DNA of 63,996 bases, the filler included, from Malassezia furfur (Eukaryota): NCBI GenBank assembly GCA_052055015.1. It is 26 parts of 26 records of this genome, joined end to end, with 100 filler letters (N's around TTAATTAATTAA, not from the genome) between each part and the next. Parts side by side here need not be neighbours in the genome. Positions count along the whole stretch, not along the records: positions 1 to 2,436 come from JBQJIT010000914.1; positions 2,537 to 4,959 come from JBQJIT010000915.1; positions 5,060 to 7,479 come from JBQJIT010000916.1; positions 7,580 to 9,993 come from JBQJIT010000917.1; 22 more parts are not named here. One strand, given 5' to 3'. Position numbers and translations under genes: made by a program. The notes under the pieces are model-generated. The model ran no database searches, had not been told where the DNA came from, and worked only from the letters and a program-made list of their open reading frames with translations. Positions 1 to 10,093 of the stretch are shown here, piece by piece. Within the stretch, counting starts at the first letter, position 1. Each line of letters starts with the position of its first letter.

Positions 1-2134
1 GACTCGTGCAGAAAGTGGATCGACGCGGCGTGCGGCGGTCGAGCGGCGGCGCAGCGAGCGCGAGGTCGCCGAGCGCTGTACGCGGCGGTCGCGGTTGATG
101 CGCATCGTCTCGAGCGCGGCGTGCGCGCGCAGCTGGCACATGCCGCTGAGCAGGTAGTCGGCCTTGCCCGAGGAGCGGAAGCGCTTCGACTCCTGCGGGA
201 CGAGCGGCTTGCGCGAGAGGACGAGCTCGAACTCGCGGCGGGCCTCGGCCTCGTTGCCTTGCGCGCTGTACAGGCAGCCGAGCTCGTAGTGCGCGTAGTA
301 CACGAGGTAGCGGTCGACCGCGTCGAGGAAGTGGCCGTACTCGAACACCTTGAGGAAGGAGTGGAGGGCGTCGTCCGCGACCTCGGCCGGGACGATCGGC
401 TCGCCGGCCGGGTGGCGCACGAGCGTCTGGGGCTCGGGGTAGGCGACGTAGCGCAGCGCGACGCCGCGCAGGAAGAAGGCGAGGCAGTAGAGCGCGTAAA
501 AGTCGCGGTCGCCCGCGCCGTACGCGCTCGGCGAGTCGTACGCCTCGAGCTCGTCGATGACCTCGTCGATGCGCGTCAGCTGCTGGCTCGTGAGCAGGAA
601 GACGGGCGCCTGCTCGAGGCAGTGCCACAGGTAGGAGAACTCGATCGCGGGCAGGCCGAGCTGCGTGAGCGAGTCAAACTTGGCCGCCTTCAGGCGCACG
701 AAGCGCTCAAACGGCAGGTGGCGCCCCGCGACGCGCTGCACGAGCCCGGGGACGGTGTGCATGATGGCGTTGCTCTGTGCGCGGCTGTGCGAGCTCGACT
801 CGTACAGCATCGCGGCCTTGGCGTACTGGTAGATCGCCTTGGACCAGTTCGACTCGCGCGAGAGCACGTCGTAGCACTCGTACGCGCGGTCGTAGTCGCT
901 CGTGGTGAGGTAGGTGAGCGACAGGCTCCAGAAGCACAGGTGGTGCAGCTGCTTGAACGCGCGCTGCGCCTCGATCGCGCTGCGGTAGCACTCGATCGCC
1001 TTCTCCGGCATCGCCTGCGTCGCGTACAGGCGCGCCGAGAAGTACAGGAAGAAGATGCCGCGCGGGAAGCGCTGCAAATTCCACGAGAGCACCTGGTCCG
1101 CGAGCGTCAGGTCGACGTCGGTCACCGGGATGTACGCCGAGATGACCAGGTGGTACAGCAGGAGCATCATGTCGCACAGCGGGCGGCGCACGCCCTCCAT
1201 CTCTGCCGAGATGGCCGGCAGCCGCTTGTTCTTCGACCAGCCGCCCGCGCGCATAAAGAGCTGCAGCGCCTGCTGCCGGTCGCCGGTGAACCCGACCTTT
1301 TCCATGAGGCCGAGCAGGCGCTTGGGCAGCAGCGACAGAATCAGCTGGCACAGCCCGTTGCTCAGGTAGATGCCCGAGCGCAGGTCCTGGTCCACCGGCT
1401 TGACCGACGTGCGCCCCTGGATGTTGGCCTCCTCGACGGCCGCGTCCGCCTCCTCGAGGCCGCGCAGCAGGTCGCGCATGATCGCATACGCGTTGCGCAG
1501 CGTCATCGCCTGGCGCACAAAGCCGACCGTGCCGCCGGCGTACACAATGCCGAGCACCGCGCGGAGCAGCGTCGCCTCGGCAAACACGAGCTCGGCGTGC
1601 TGCTCCTGCAGCGTGCGGCGCTGCAGCGGCGGCGCGCCCGACGTCGGCAGGAAGCGCGCGAGGCGGCCCGGCTTCTTGCGCAGCACGTCGGCGATCGCCA
1701 TCGTGTGCTTGCAGCACTTCATCGCGATCTGCAGGTCGCTCGGCTCGTACGTCATGAGCGACTTGATGCAGTTGATCAGCGTCATGCCCACCGAGCGGTA
1801 CAGCCGGCGGTCCGCGCCGGACTCGCACAGCTGCTCGGCCTCGCGCATCTGCGAGTTGAGGAAGAGCTCCATCGCCTCGTGCGCCACGTCGAGGTCCTCG
1901 CGCAGCTCCGCCTCGCTCTGCCGGCACAGCGACGCGCTCACCTTGGCGTCCGTATACGCGGGCGCCAGCACCGTCTCGGGCGTGTAGCCGAGGTCGTCGT
2001 CGTCCTCCTCGTCGTCGAGGTCCTCGCTGATCTCCGACTGCTCCTCGTCGTCCAGCTCAAAGTCGGCCGCCATCGCGTCGCGCCGCGCGTGCGCATCGCC
2101 GTTCGGCAGCGCATGCCGCTCCTCCTCCACGATC

Positions 2135-2168
<34 letters not shown>

Positions 2169-2310
2169 TCCCGACCGTCTCCCGGAATCCGCCCAGGTCC
2201 TCGGCGACGGGCGCCGCCGCCGCCAGGTCCGCCACCGAGTACGCCGGCGCCGGCGTCTCGACGTGCTCGTCCGCCGACGCAAACGACGACGCAGACCGCA
2301 TGCTCGACAT
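1..2310 (-). CDS. IML2: IML2/TTC39 (DUF3808) TPR protein; 3' end runs off the window; frame stays open upstream to 2436
   Basis: Hand translation (absent from the ORF track): AMELFLNSQMREAE, IKSLMTYEPSDL, RFPRGIFFLYFSARLY, FKQLHHLCFWSL, WSKAIYQYAKA, YYAHYELGCLY. First in-frame ATG at 2310, with an acidic N-terminus. Confidence 0.85.
2137..2166. repeat. (GTC)10 microsatellite encoding poly-Asp in IML2
   Basis: Ten perfect GTC units read directly. Confidence 0.9.
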
Positions 2311-2436
2311 GCTCGGCTTGTTCCCGAGCGACGGCACGACGCTCGCGAGCGCAGCGCCGGCGGCGCCCGCCGCACCGGCCACGTCTAGGCCGCGTCCGCA
2401 GCAGGTAAAGTTGCGGCAAAAGGTGGACTCTAGCCG

Positions 2437-2536
2437 NNNNNNNNNNNNNNNNNNNNNNNNNNNNNNNNNNNNNNNNNNNNTTAATTAATTAANNNNNNNN
2501 NNNNNNNNNNNNNNNNNNNNNNNNNNNNNNNNNNNN
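2437..2536. other. Artificial contig spacer (44N-TTAATTAATTAA-44N), first of 25
   Basis: Identical 100-nt spacers start at 2437, 4960, 7480, 9994, 12506, 15018, 17523, 20020, 22514, 25004, 27494, 29980, 32459, 34933, 37398, 39855, 42309, 44762, 47203, 49642, 52073, 54499, 56920, 59331 and 61739. The 12-mer is palindromic and places stops in all six frames. Confidence 0.99.
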
Positions 2537-2694
2537 CGTCCAAGGACGCCGCGGACCTGGCGCAGGAGAACGAGGATCTGCTGGTGCTGCTTGACGAGCT
2601 CTCTACGAAGCACAAGCGGAACAAGGAGCGGATGCGGCTCCAGGGCTGGGACGTCAGCGACGACGATGACGACGACGATGACGACGAGCTTTAG
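2537..2694 (+). CDS. USO1: Uso1/p115 vesicle tether, extreme C-terminus (partial)
   Basis: QENEDLLVLLDELSTKHKRNKERMRLQGWDVSDDDDDDDDDEL* matches the p115 C-terminal DLLVLL..K.RL..LG..VS-acidic pattern. Confidence 0.75.
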
Positions 2695-4517
2695 AGGTAG
2701 GGCAACGACGTAGGAACAAACGCCGCTTTGCGCCACGCAGGGAGCACGAGCTCCTCGTCCGAGTCGGAGGCGAGCGCGGCGAGTGCGTCGGGTGGCGGTT
2801 GCGCCGGTGCCGGCGCCGCCAACGCAGGTGCCGCGGCCGGCGGCGCCGCATCGCCTGGCACATTGGTCACAGGCGCCGAACGCACGGGCGACGCTGGCGC
2901 AACGGGCGCGCTTGCGTCCGGCAGCGGTGCGGTCGCAGCTGGCGGCGGCATCGCTGCGGCAGCTGCGGCACTGTCGACCTCCGTGAACCCTGCGCTCCCC
3001 TCGCCCAGCACCGCCGGCTGCCCGGGCGGCTCAGGCGACCCCGTCCATGCACGCGACTCCGACGCGCGGCGCGCACCGAGCGACAGTGCACTGTGCTGCA
3101 GCGGCGACATGGGCGGCGACGGCGACGGCGACGGCGAGCCAAGCGCAAGCGCCACAGGGGCCGCACCTTTGGGCTTCTCGGGCGTGGCACACACGAGCGT
3201 ATGTGCCTCGGCCGCCGCGCCCCATCGGCTCGCGGGCCGCTTCCGCTTGCTCGTAGGCGCCGTATGCAGACTAGGGACCGACACACTCGTACTCCGCTTA
3301 AATTGCCGCGGCATGTGCACCTCGCGCTGCCGCCGGTCGGCACGGATCATGGTGCGCTCGTCGGACCGCGCCGGCGCCTCCTTGGGCTTTTCGACCGGCT
3401 GCGCAGGCGCGGACTTGGTGCGTTTCAGACGGCGCGCGACCGACCGCGGCGCAACGTCCACGTCGGTACCCGGGCCGGGGCCGAAGCACTTGGCGCGCAG
3501 CCGCGCACACTCTTTCGGCAGGGTTTTGCGGAACGCAGGTTCAAGCACCGCCGCACATACCCACTGTGCCTCGTCACGCGTGTCTTGCGTATCGCGCAGC
3601 CGAGACGCCGATCCATACGCGGCGTGCGTCGAGGACGGCGGCGCACACTCCAGCAGGCACAGCTGGTCGCCTAGCTGGTCCCATAGCTGCGGAAGCAGCG
3701 CCAGGCGCGCGGCATACGGCGGGTCGGGTCCGTCGGTGGACGGTTGTGGGGTATGGGACGCGCCTGGACTGCCAGACGAGCTGGGCGCGTTCGACTCGCG
3801 CGCAGGAGCCACGGGGGTCGCTGCGGGTGCGTCGGGCGCCGCGCTTGGCGCCGCCTCCGCTGCGCGTGGCCGAGACGACGGCGCGGGACTCGCGCGCGGC
3901 GACATTGTATCCCACGCAAATGCAAAAGGCAGCGCCGGGGCCAGACCGTTCCAGCGCGTGGGTTTGGACGTCTTGCGTTTTTTGGGCGCCGGCGCAGCGC
4001 TCGGCGGCGCAGGGTCGGCAGCGAGCGACGCGTCGCCGAGCGCGCGGCGACTCAGGAGCCATGCGACGAGGACCAGCTGCAGTTGTACCCTGTGTGAGTA
4101 GGCGACGTACTCGCGGCAGTGCATGGCCAGCGTGAACTGGGCAAGCGCGCCCGGCTCGTGCGCTGTGCGTGCCAAAGGGCCGTGCACGGCCGCGGCTTGC
4201 ATCGCGTCTGCCTCGAGCGAGCGAGACGAGGGCCCCTCGCCGCGGCGCAGCGCCTCGATGGACGCGCTCGCCCAGGCTGGGAAGCGCGCACGGAGCTCGG
4301 CTGGGGTGCGCACGAGGTGCACGACGCGACGTGCGCCGGCCTCGACCGAGTGCAGCACGTCGAGGAACGCACGGAGCGGCGTGTGTGCCTCTCCGAGCCA
4401 CAGGCACTGCACGTACATGCGCTCCAACGTCTCCCACCCGTCGCGCGCAGGCGGCTCGGCGGCGAGCGCGTGCGCGGCCGGCCGCAGCCGCACCGCGTCC
4501 GACGCGTCGTCGTGCAT
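2691..4517 (-). CDS. SLD3: Sld3/Treslin-like replication initiation factor
   Basis: RVQLQLVLVAWLL...QLGDQLCLLE...RDEAQWVCAAVLEPAFRKTLPKECARLRAKCFG resembles the fungal Sld3 domain. The C-terminus has CDK-type S/TP sites (VCATPEK, SPSPSP). Likely ATG at 4517. Confidence 0.55.
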   Translation of the reverse strand: MHDDASDAVRLRPAAHALAAEPPARDGWETLERMYVQCLWLGEAHTPLRAFLDVLHSVEAGARRVVHLVRTPAELRARFPAWASASIEALRRGEGPSSRSLEADAMQAAAVHGPLARTAHEPGALAQFTLAMHCREYVAYSHRVQLQLVLVAWLLSRRALGDASLAADPAPPSAAPAPKKRKTSKPTRWNGLAPALPFAFAWDTMSPRASPAPSSRPRAAEAAPSAAPDAPAATPVAPARESNAPSSSGSPGASHTPQPSTDGPDPPYAARLALLPQLWDQLGDQLCLLECAPPSSTHAAYGSASRLRDTQDTRDEAQWVCAAVLEPAFRKTLPKECARLRAKCFGPGPGTDVDVAPRSVARRLKRTKSAPAQPVEKPKEAPARSDERTMIRADRRQREVHMPRQFKRSTSVSVPSLHTAPTSKRKRPASRWGAAAEAHTLVCATPEKPKGAAPVALALGSPSPSPSPPMSPLQHSALSLGARRASESRAWTGSPEPPGQPAVLGEGSAGFTEVDSAAAAAAMPPPAATAPLPDASAPVAPASPVRSAPVTNVPGDAAPPAAAPALAAPAPAQPPPDALAALASDSDEELVLPAWRKAAFVPTSLPYL

Positions 4518-4587
4518 GGCCAGGTACGCCCGATCGCCCGATCGCCCTCTGCTCCGCACCGGCCGCGATTAGGACGCGCAGAGCAGC

Positions 4588-4959
4588 ATGCAGCGCGTCG
4601 ACTCCGGCGCGCTGGGCGACACCATGAGCCAGTCGGCGGTGATCAATATGATGCAGCCGATGGGCAGCATGAGTCTGAGCCCGTGTACGTGGCGTGGCTG
4701 ACTGCAGCAAGTCGCTATGTGGTGCTGGGCGCCAAGATCGGGCTGTTTGTGCTCGACCTCGAGAATCCGTATGCGCTGCCGCAGTTTTACGCGCACCGCA
4801 CCACCTGGGAGGTGGCCGACATCCAGTGGAATCCGCACCATGTGCGGCACGAGTGGATCGCGAGCACGTCGAACCAGAAGCTCGTGCTGTGGAACCTGCA
4901 CCGTCCCGAAGCTGCCAAGGCGCCGCTGCCCGCCGACGTCGTGGTGAACAGCGGCGCCT
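4588..4959 (+). CDS. MTC5: SEACAT/GATOR2 WD40 subunit Sea3/Mtc5/WDR59, N-terminus (partial); intron 4685-4707
   Basis: Removing a 23-nt intron gives MGSMSLSPSSRYVVLGAKIGLFVLDLENPY...TTWEVADIQWNPH...WIASTSNQKLVLWNL. Confidence 0.85.
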
Positions 4960-5059
4960 NNNNNNNNNNNNNNNNNNNNNNNNNNNNNNNNNNNNNNNNN
5001 NNNTTAATTAATTAANNNNNNNNNNNNNNNNNNNNNNNNNNNNNNNNNNNNNNNNNNNN

Positions 5060-5396
5060 CGCGCTCGAGCGCGAGGCCTGTGCGCTGCTCGCCGCGCGCG
5101 GCGTCGACGACGCGCTCGTGTTTGCGCGGCAGCGCATCGACCGCGCCGCGTTCTTTGCCGCGTTTGCACACGCCGTCTGGCCCCGCGTCGAGCGCCAGAG
5201 CGACGCGGCGATGCCCACGACGAGCGCAGTGCTCGGCGGGCTCGTCGCACAGGACCTACTGAACGCGCTCGGGCGGCGCGAGGCGCCGCTCGTCAACTGG
5301 CTGCTCCTCGACACCTCCACCGGCACGGCGCCGGTGTGTGCGGTCGGGACGCCGGCGCCCGCCGCGCGCGCGCTAGGCGCGGACGGCAGCCTGTAG
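5060..5396 (+). CDS. AOS1: SUMO E1 subunit Aos1/SAE1, C-terminus (partial)
   Basis: [33 protein letters not shown] is the ThiF-family C-terminal motif typical of Aos1/Rad31. Confidence 0.7.
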
Positions 5397-6317
5397 CGCG
5401 TCCCACGTCGCCTGGTCGATGTCGTAGTGCACACCATCACACACGGGCGTCTCCACGGGCGCCCACCACAGCGCCGCATGCGGGCCCAGCACCTGGCGCC
5501 AGTTGGCACGTGCGCCGACGTTGTACAGGTGGTGCCGCGGCGCGCGCGGCGTGCGCGGCAGCAGCTGCGCGTGTGCGCCGTCGCGCGGCGCCAGCAGCGT
5601 CGCGAGGCGCGCGTACGACGCGGGCGGCGCATCGTCGGGCATGTCGCCGTCGCGGCGCACGCGCTCCATGCCCTCGATGTACTCGAGTGTCGTGTAGTTT
5701 TTCGTCGCGAGGTACGCGTGGAACGAGGCGAACGGGGTGAGCGCGAGCGCAAACTGGGTGAGCGTGCGACGTACGACGAGCGCGACGACGGCGAGGGCCA
5801 TCCACGACACGGGCAGCGCAATGTCGTCCGTCGGCGCGTCGAGCAGGCGCGCAAACGCGGCGCCGAGGGTATACAGCGTGTAGAAGCACAGCGCGTCGGT
5901 GTACGCGAGCAGCAGCAGGAACGCGTGGTGGTTGCGCAGGCCGATGCACGTGTCCATCACCCACGGGCAGTGGTGGTCCATGCGCAGGACGCAGCGGCCG
6001 CACTTGCGGCAGTGGTGGCAGCGGTCGGGCTTGGGCGCCGCGCACTTGCTGCACCACCGCCGCGCGCCCGTCGAGCGCTTCACGGTGCGCACGGCCTCGG
6101 GCGCGAGGTCGGTGCGCGCGGCGGCCGACGTGCGAAGACCCGCGACGACGTACGACCACGCGCTCATCCCCGCGAGGAACGCGGCGACGCCCACACGCAC
6201 GGCCGTCTGCGCCGTGTCGCGCCACACGGGCACAATCACCTCGGCGACGAGCGTGAGCAGCGTCCAGGCGAGCAGCGCCAGCACCACCGCGCCGGACGCC
6301 TGGCCGAGCCGCGACAT
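5373..6317 (-). CDS. DHHC palmitoyltransferase (Pfa3-like); in-frame 21-nt intron 5754-5774
   Basis: [37 protein letters not shown] motif, [14 protein letters not shown], four TM segments. Confidence 0.9.
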   Translation of the reverse strand: MSRLGQASGAVVLALLAWTLLTLVAEVIVPVWRDTAQTAVRVGVAAFLAGMSAWSYVVAGLRTSAAARTDLAPEAVRTVKRSTGARRWCSKCAAPKPDRCHHCRKCGRCVLRMDHHCPWVMDTCIGLRNHHAFLLLLAYTDALCFYTLYTLGAAFARLLDAPTDDIALPVSWMALAVVALVVRRTLTQFALALTPFASFHAYLATKNYTTLEYIEGMERVRRDGDMPDDAPPASYARLATLLAPRDGAHAQLLPRTPRAPRHHLYNVGARANWRQVLGPHAALWWAPVETPVCDGVHYDIDQATWDALQAAVRA

Positions 6318-6398
6318 GGTGGAGGCACCCAAGGGGGCGCCGGCGGGCGGCCGCCTCCACCCAGTGGAGGCGGCGCTCTGCCGCGCGGCGCGTCGAGG

Positions 6399-7377
6399 AT
6401 GGCCGAGCTGGACAGTGCGTGTGTGCCGCTCACCCAGAACTCGCGATCCGCGGCGTGCGCTCGTTCGACCCCAAGGCGGTGCACATCATCCAGTTCTTCA
6501 AGCCGCTCACGGTGATCGTCGGGCACAACGGCAGCGGCAAGACGGTGCGTGCACAGCTGACCCCAGACGATCGTCGAGTGCCTCAAGTATGCGGCGACCG
6601 GCGACCTGCCGCCGAACACCAAGGGCGGCGCGTTCGTGCACGACCCCATGCTCGCCGGCACCGACACGGTCAAGGCGCAGGTGCGCCTGCGCTTCCGCAA
6701 CACGCACGGCGTCCGCATGAGCTGCGTCCGCAACGTCCAAGTGTCGCGCAAGCGCACGGGCGCACTCACACTCAAGACGCTTGAGGGCGTGATTGGCGTC
6801 GACGACGACTCCGTGGACGCACACACGGTACGTGCGCCCACTCACCCAGCGCGCGGCCATCTCGACGCGGTGCGCCGAGCTCGACCAGGAAATGGCGCAC
6901 CTGCTCGGCGTCTCGCGTGCGATCCTCGAGCACGTCGTGTTCTGCCACCAGGAAGAGTCAAACTGGCCGCTCTCGGAGCCGGCCGTGCTCAAGAAGCGCT
7001 TCGACGAGATCTTTGAAGTGACACGCTACACCAAGGCGCTCGACGCGCTCAAGGCGCTCCGCAAGCAGCGCCAGCAGGACGCGCGCGTCGACGACGCCGA
7101 GCTCCGTGCGCTCCAGCACGACAAGGAGCGCGCCGACGCCGTCCAGCGCACACTCGACACGCTCGACGCGTCCATCGCCGAAAAGACACGCGCCGTCGAG
7201 GCGCTCGAGACCGACCTCGACGCGCGCACCGCCGCGAACGACGCACTGCGCGACGCCGCCGCACAGTTCCGCGACGTACTCGCGCGCGCCGCATCGCTCG
7301 AGGAGCGCCGCGACCTGTACGCGTCGAGCGCCGCCGAGCTGCGCCGCTCCGCGACGCTGCGCGACGCGCCGATCGCC
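6399..7377 (+). CDS. RAD50: Rad50 N-terminus (partial); introns 6415-6437, 6545-6566, 6828-6849
   Basis: Spliced: [17 protein letters not shown]...[40 protein letters not shown]...[20 protein letters not shown]. Confidence 0.97.
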
Positions 7378-7479
7378 GCGCTCGACGCGTTCAGGTCGCG
7401 GCGCTCCTCGCGCGATGCGGCGCGCGCGAGTACGTCGCGGACCTGTGCGGCGGCGGCGCGCAGTGCGTCGTTCGCGGCG
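7230..7479. repeat. Fold-back inverted repeat at contig end (arms 7230-7331 and 7378-7479)
   Basis: 7378-7479 is the reverse complement of 7230-7331 with 4 mismatches and a 46-nt loop. Confidence 0.9.
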
Positions 7480-7579
7480 NNNNNNNNNNNNNNNNNNNNN
7501 NNNNNNNNNNNNNNNNNNNNNNNTTAATTAATTAANNNNNNNNNNNNNNNNNNNNNNNNNNNNNNNNNNNNNNNNNNNN

Positions 7580-8236
7580 CGTCCCATGATCCGCGGTCCC
7601 CCGGCCCTCCAACTGCTCGACCGGATGCGCCGCCTCGCTGATACCTCGTCGGTGTGCGACCTGCTCGACACGGAGCTAGTCGAGCCGTCCACGGACCCCT
7701 TGCCCCCCTGGTCGCGCGCGCACATCGCTGCGGTGCCGGCCGCGCGGTGCACGCAGCCGGCCGATGCGCCGCGCGGTGCGACATGCCATGCCGCGCTCGT
7801 GCACACGCTCGGCACGCTCGCGGCGCGCGACTGGCTGCATGCGACGCGCGCGTGGCCTGGTGCCGTGGCGCCGGGCCTCGACGTGGCGCTGCTCCCCCGC
7901 ACATACACGCGCCTGGACGCGGATCGCCTGGCGTACGGCCGGCACGTGGTGCAGCTGCTCGCGCTGCTGCGGGTGTCGCCGAGCGAGCAGCTGCCGCGGA
8001 CGCCGCTCGTGGTGGAGTATGCGGCGTACGTGCGGCAGATGATGTACCTCGACCAGCTGCGGCAGGTCGCCTACGCGACGCACCTGCAGGCGGCCGACGG
8101 CGTTCGTGCGACGCGCAACTCGACGCAATTACTGTACGATACCTATGCACTGCGCACGCACGCACACCAGCCGTGGATCGCCTTGGGGCCCACGGAGCGT
8201 GCGGCGGCACACGCGACGCAGTTTGCGCATCCGTAG
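7580..8236 (+). CDS. C-terminal fragment, possibly Elg1/ATAD5 alternative RFC subunit (partial)
   Basis: Coding-like frame. VEYAAYVRQMM...VRATRNS resembles Elg1 C-termini from memory; weak. Confidence 0.4.
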   Translation, partial: RPMIRGPPALQLLDRMRRLADTSSVCDLLDTELVEPSTDPLPPWSRAHIAAVPAARCTQPADAPRGATCHAALVHTLGTLAARDWLHATRAWPGAVAPGLDVALLPRTYTRLDADRLAYGRHVVQLLALLRVSPSEQLPRTPLVVEYAAYVRQMMYLDQLRQVAYATHLQAADGVRATRNSTQLLYDTYALRTHAHQPWIALGPTERAAAHATQFAHP

Positions 8237-8263
8237 CCACACCGTAGGCCGCGGCCGTCTGCC

Positions 8264-9993
8264 TCACGCCCCGCCCGCGAGCCGGCGCTGGTGCGCGGCC
8301 CACTGCGCCTCGAGCGTACGCTGCTCGGCGGCGAGCCGCGCCTGCTCGGCGGCGAGCTGCTCGCGGCGCTCGACGAGCCGCGCCTGCTCCGCATTGAACT
8401 CGGCCTGCGCGGCTTGCTCGGCGGCGAGGTACCGCTCCTCTTGGGCACGCGCCGCCTGCTCGACCGCGAGCTCCGCACGGCGGTCCTCGAGCACGCGCTG
8501 CTCAAACGCCTCGCGCTGCGCTTGCGCCAGCTTGGCCTCCGCCTCGACCTGCGCGATGCGCTCCGCCTCGCGGAAGCGCTCGTACTCGGCCTGCGCGACC
8601 TCTTCCGCGGTGGGCGGCACGTCGCTCGCGCGGCGCGTGCCGTTCTGGCGGCGCACAAGGCGCTCGATTCGGTGCCGCTCCGCACGGTCCTGGCGCGCGC
8701 GCTCCTCGGCGAGCTCGCGCTGCACCTCGAGGTAGCGCAGCTCCGCACGCGACAGCGCGGGCTCCGCGGGCTCGGCGGGCACCGCGCCGTCGACAGGCGC
8801 AGCGGCGCGCGGCGCAACAACTACCTCCTCGGGCTCCGGCGAGACGGCGCGCGCGGCCGCCGCGCCGTGCACGGACGGCTCGTCGGACAGGTCGACGGGC
8901 GCGCTGACCGCCTCGAGGAGACGCTCGCCGAGCGGCTCGTGGTGCTCCTTCTTGGGGTGGGCGTGCGGCGCCGAGAGGTCGATGGGCGCGCTGACCGCCT
9001 CGCGCAGGCGCTCGCCCCAGTCCTCCTTGGTCTTGGGCTTGTGCGGCAGCGCCTTGTCGAGGTGGAGGCGCTCCACATCCGCTGCCAGGACCCCATCGCC
9101 GCCCGCCTGCATCTCGAGCGCGTCCTCATACTCCTGGGGGAACGCGTCGGTCGACATGGCCGCGGACGTCGGCTGCGTGTACAGGACCGTGTTGGGCCGC
9201 GCCGAGCTCGGCGAGCGTCGTGCTCTGCAGGTAGGCCGGCAGCGGCTGCGCCGTGGATGCCGCGGAGGTCGCGCGCACGGGCTGCGTCGTGGACGCCGCG
9301 GAGGCAGCGCGCACGGGCTGCGCCTCGGCGGGGGCGGCCGTCGAGGCCGTGGATGCACGAGGCGCCACGGGCGAGGCCGCCTCGCGCGGGGCAACGGGAG
9401 ACGTGGGAGCGCGCGCCACCGGGGACGTAGGCACACGCGCCGCCACCGGAGACGTAGGCACACGCGCCGCCACCGGGGACGTAGGAGCGCGCGCCGCCAC
9501 CGGAGACGTAGGAGCGCGCGCCGCCACCGGGGACGTAGACACACGCGCCGCCGGAGACGCCGGCACCGCCGCGGGCTTGCTGCCGCCCGACATCACCGAC
9601 ACCGCCGACGCCGTACGCGTGTGCAGCGGCATGCCGGCCATCGGGATCGCCGGCGCCGCACCCGGGTGACGCGTGGCGCCCCACGACCCCGCACGGGGCC
9701 GCGTCGTGGACACTACAGTGTTCGGGGGCCCCGCCAGACGCGGCGCGGCCGGCGTACGGGCCGTGACCGTCGCTGCGCGCGCGACGCCCGGGCCCTCGGT
9801 GCGGCTCAGGCCGTCGGTGCGGCTCAGGCCGTCGGTGCGGCTGAGGCTCTCGGAGCGGCCGAGGCCCTCGGTGCGGGCCGAAGGGAACGTCTTCTTGCGT
9901 GCGAGCGTGGCCGGCGGCGCGGCACCGACGTGCTCCTGGAACACGGAACCCTGCGGCCGCGCACCGGCGGCGCTCGCAGCCGGCGCACCCACG
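8264..9993 (-). CDS. Low-complexity S/T-P repeat and coiled-coil protein (5' partial), apparent frameshift near 9210-9235
   Basis: Frame 9126-9992 carries LSRTDG and TSPVAARVP repeats. Frame 8264-~9220 carries a duplicated GERL(R/L)EAVSAP(I/V)DLS and an E/R/A coiled coil. Confidence 0.5.
9391..9560. repeat. 27-nt coding tandem repeat, ~5-6 copies (TSPVAARVP)
   Basis: Units like GCCACCGGGGACGTAGGCACACGCGCC start at 9415, 9442, 9469, 9496 and 9523, with degenerate flanks. Confidence 0.9.
9791..9876. repeat. 18-nt coding tandem repeat, ~4.8 copies (LSRTDG)
   Basis: GGCC(G/C)TCGGTGCGGCTCA-like units at 9791, 9809, 9827, 9845 and 9863. Confidence 0.85.
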
Positions 9994-10093
9994 NNNNNNN
10001 NNNNNNNNNNNNNNNNNNNNNNNNNNNNNNNNNNNNNTTAATTAATTAANNNNNNNNNNNNNNNNNNNNNNNNNNNNNNNNNNNNNNNNNNNN

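Noticed and set aside
121..2388. 755-aa plus-strand ORF and similar long shadows (12666-15065, 22562-24901, 25146-27545, 52271-54550, 55110-56975, 57321-59378)
   Set aside because: Antisense shadows of real genes. Extreme GC at third codon positions removes stops, and the translations show no recognisable motifs.
9391..9560. 27-nt direct repeats as a possible CRISPR array
   Set aside because: Head-to-tail with no unique spacers, in frame within a CDS, no cas genes, eukaryotic context.
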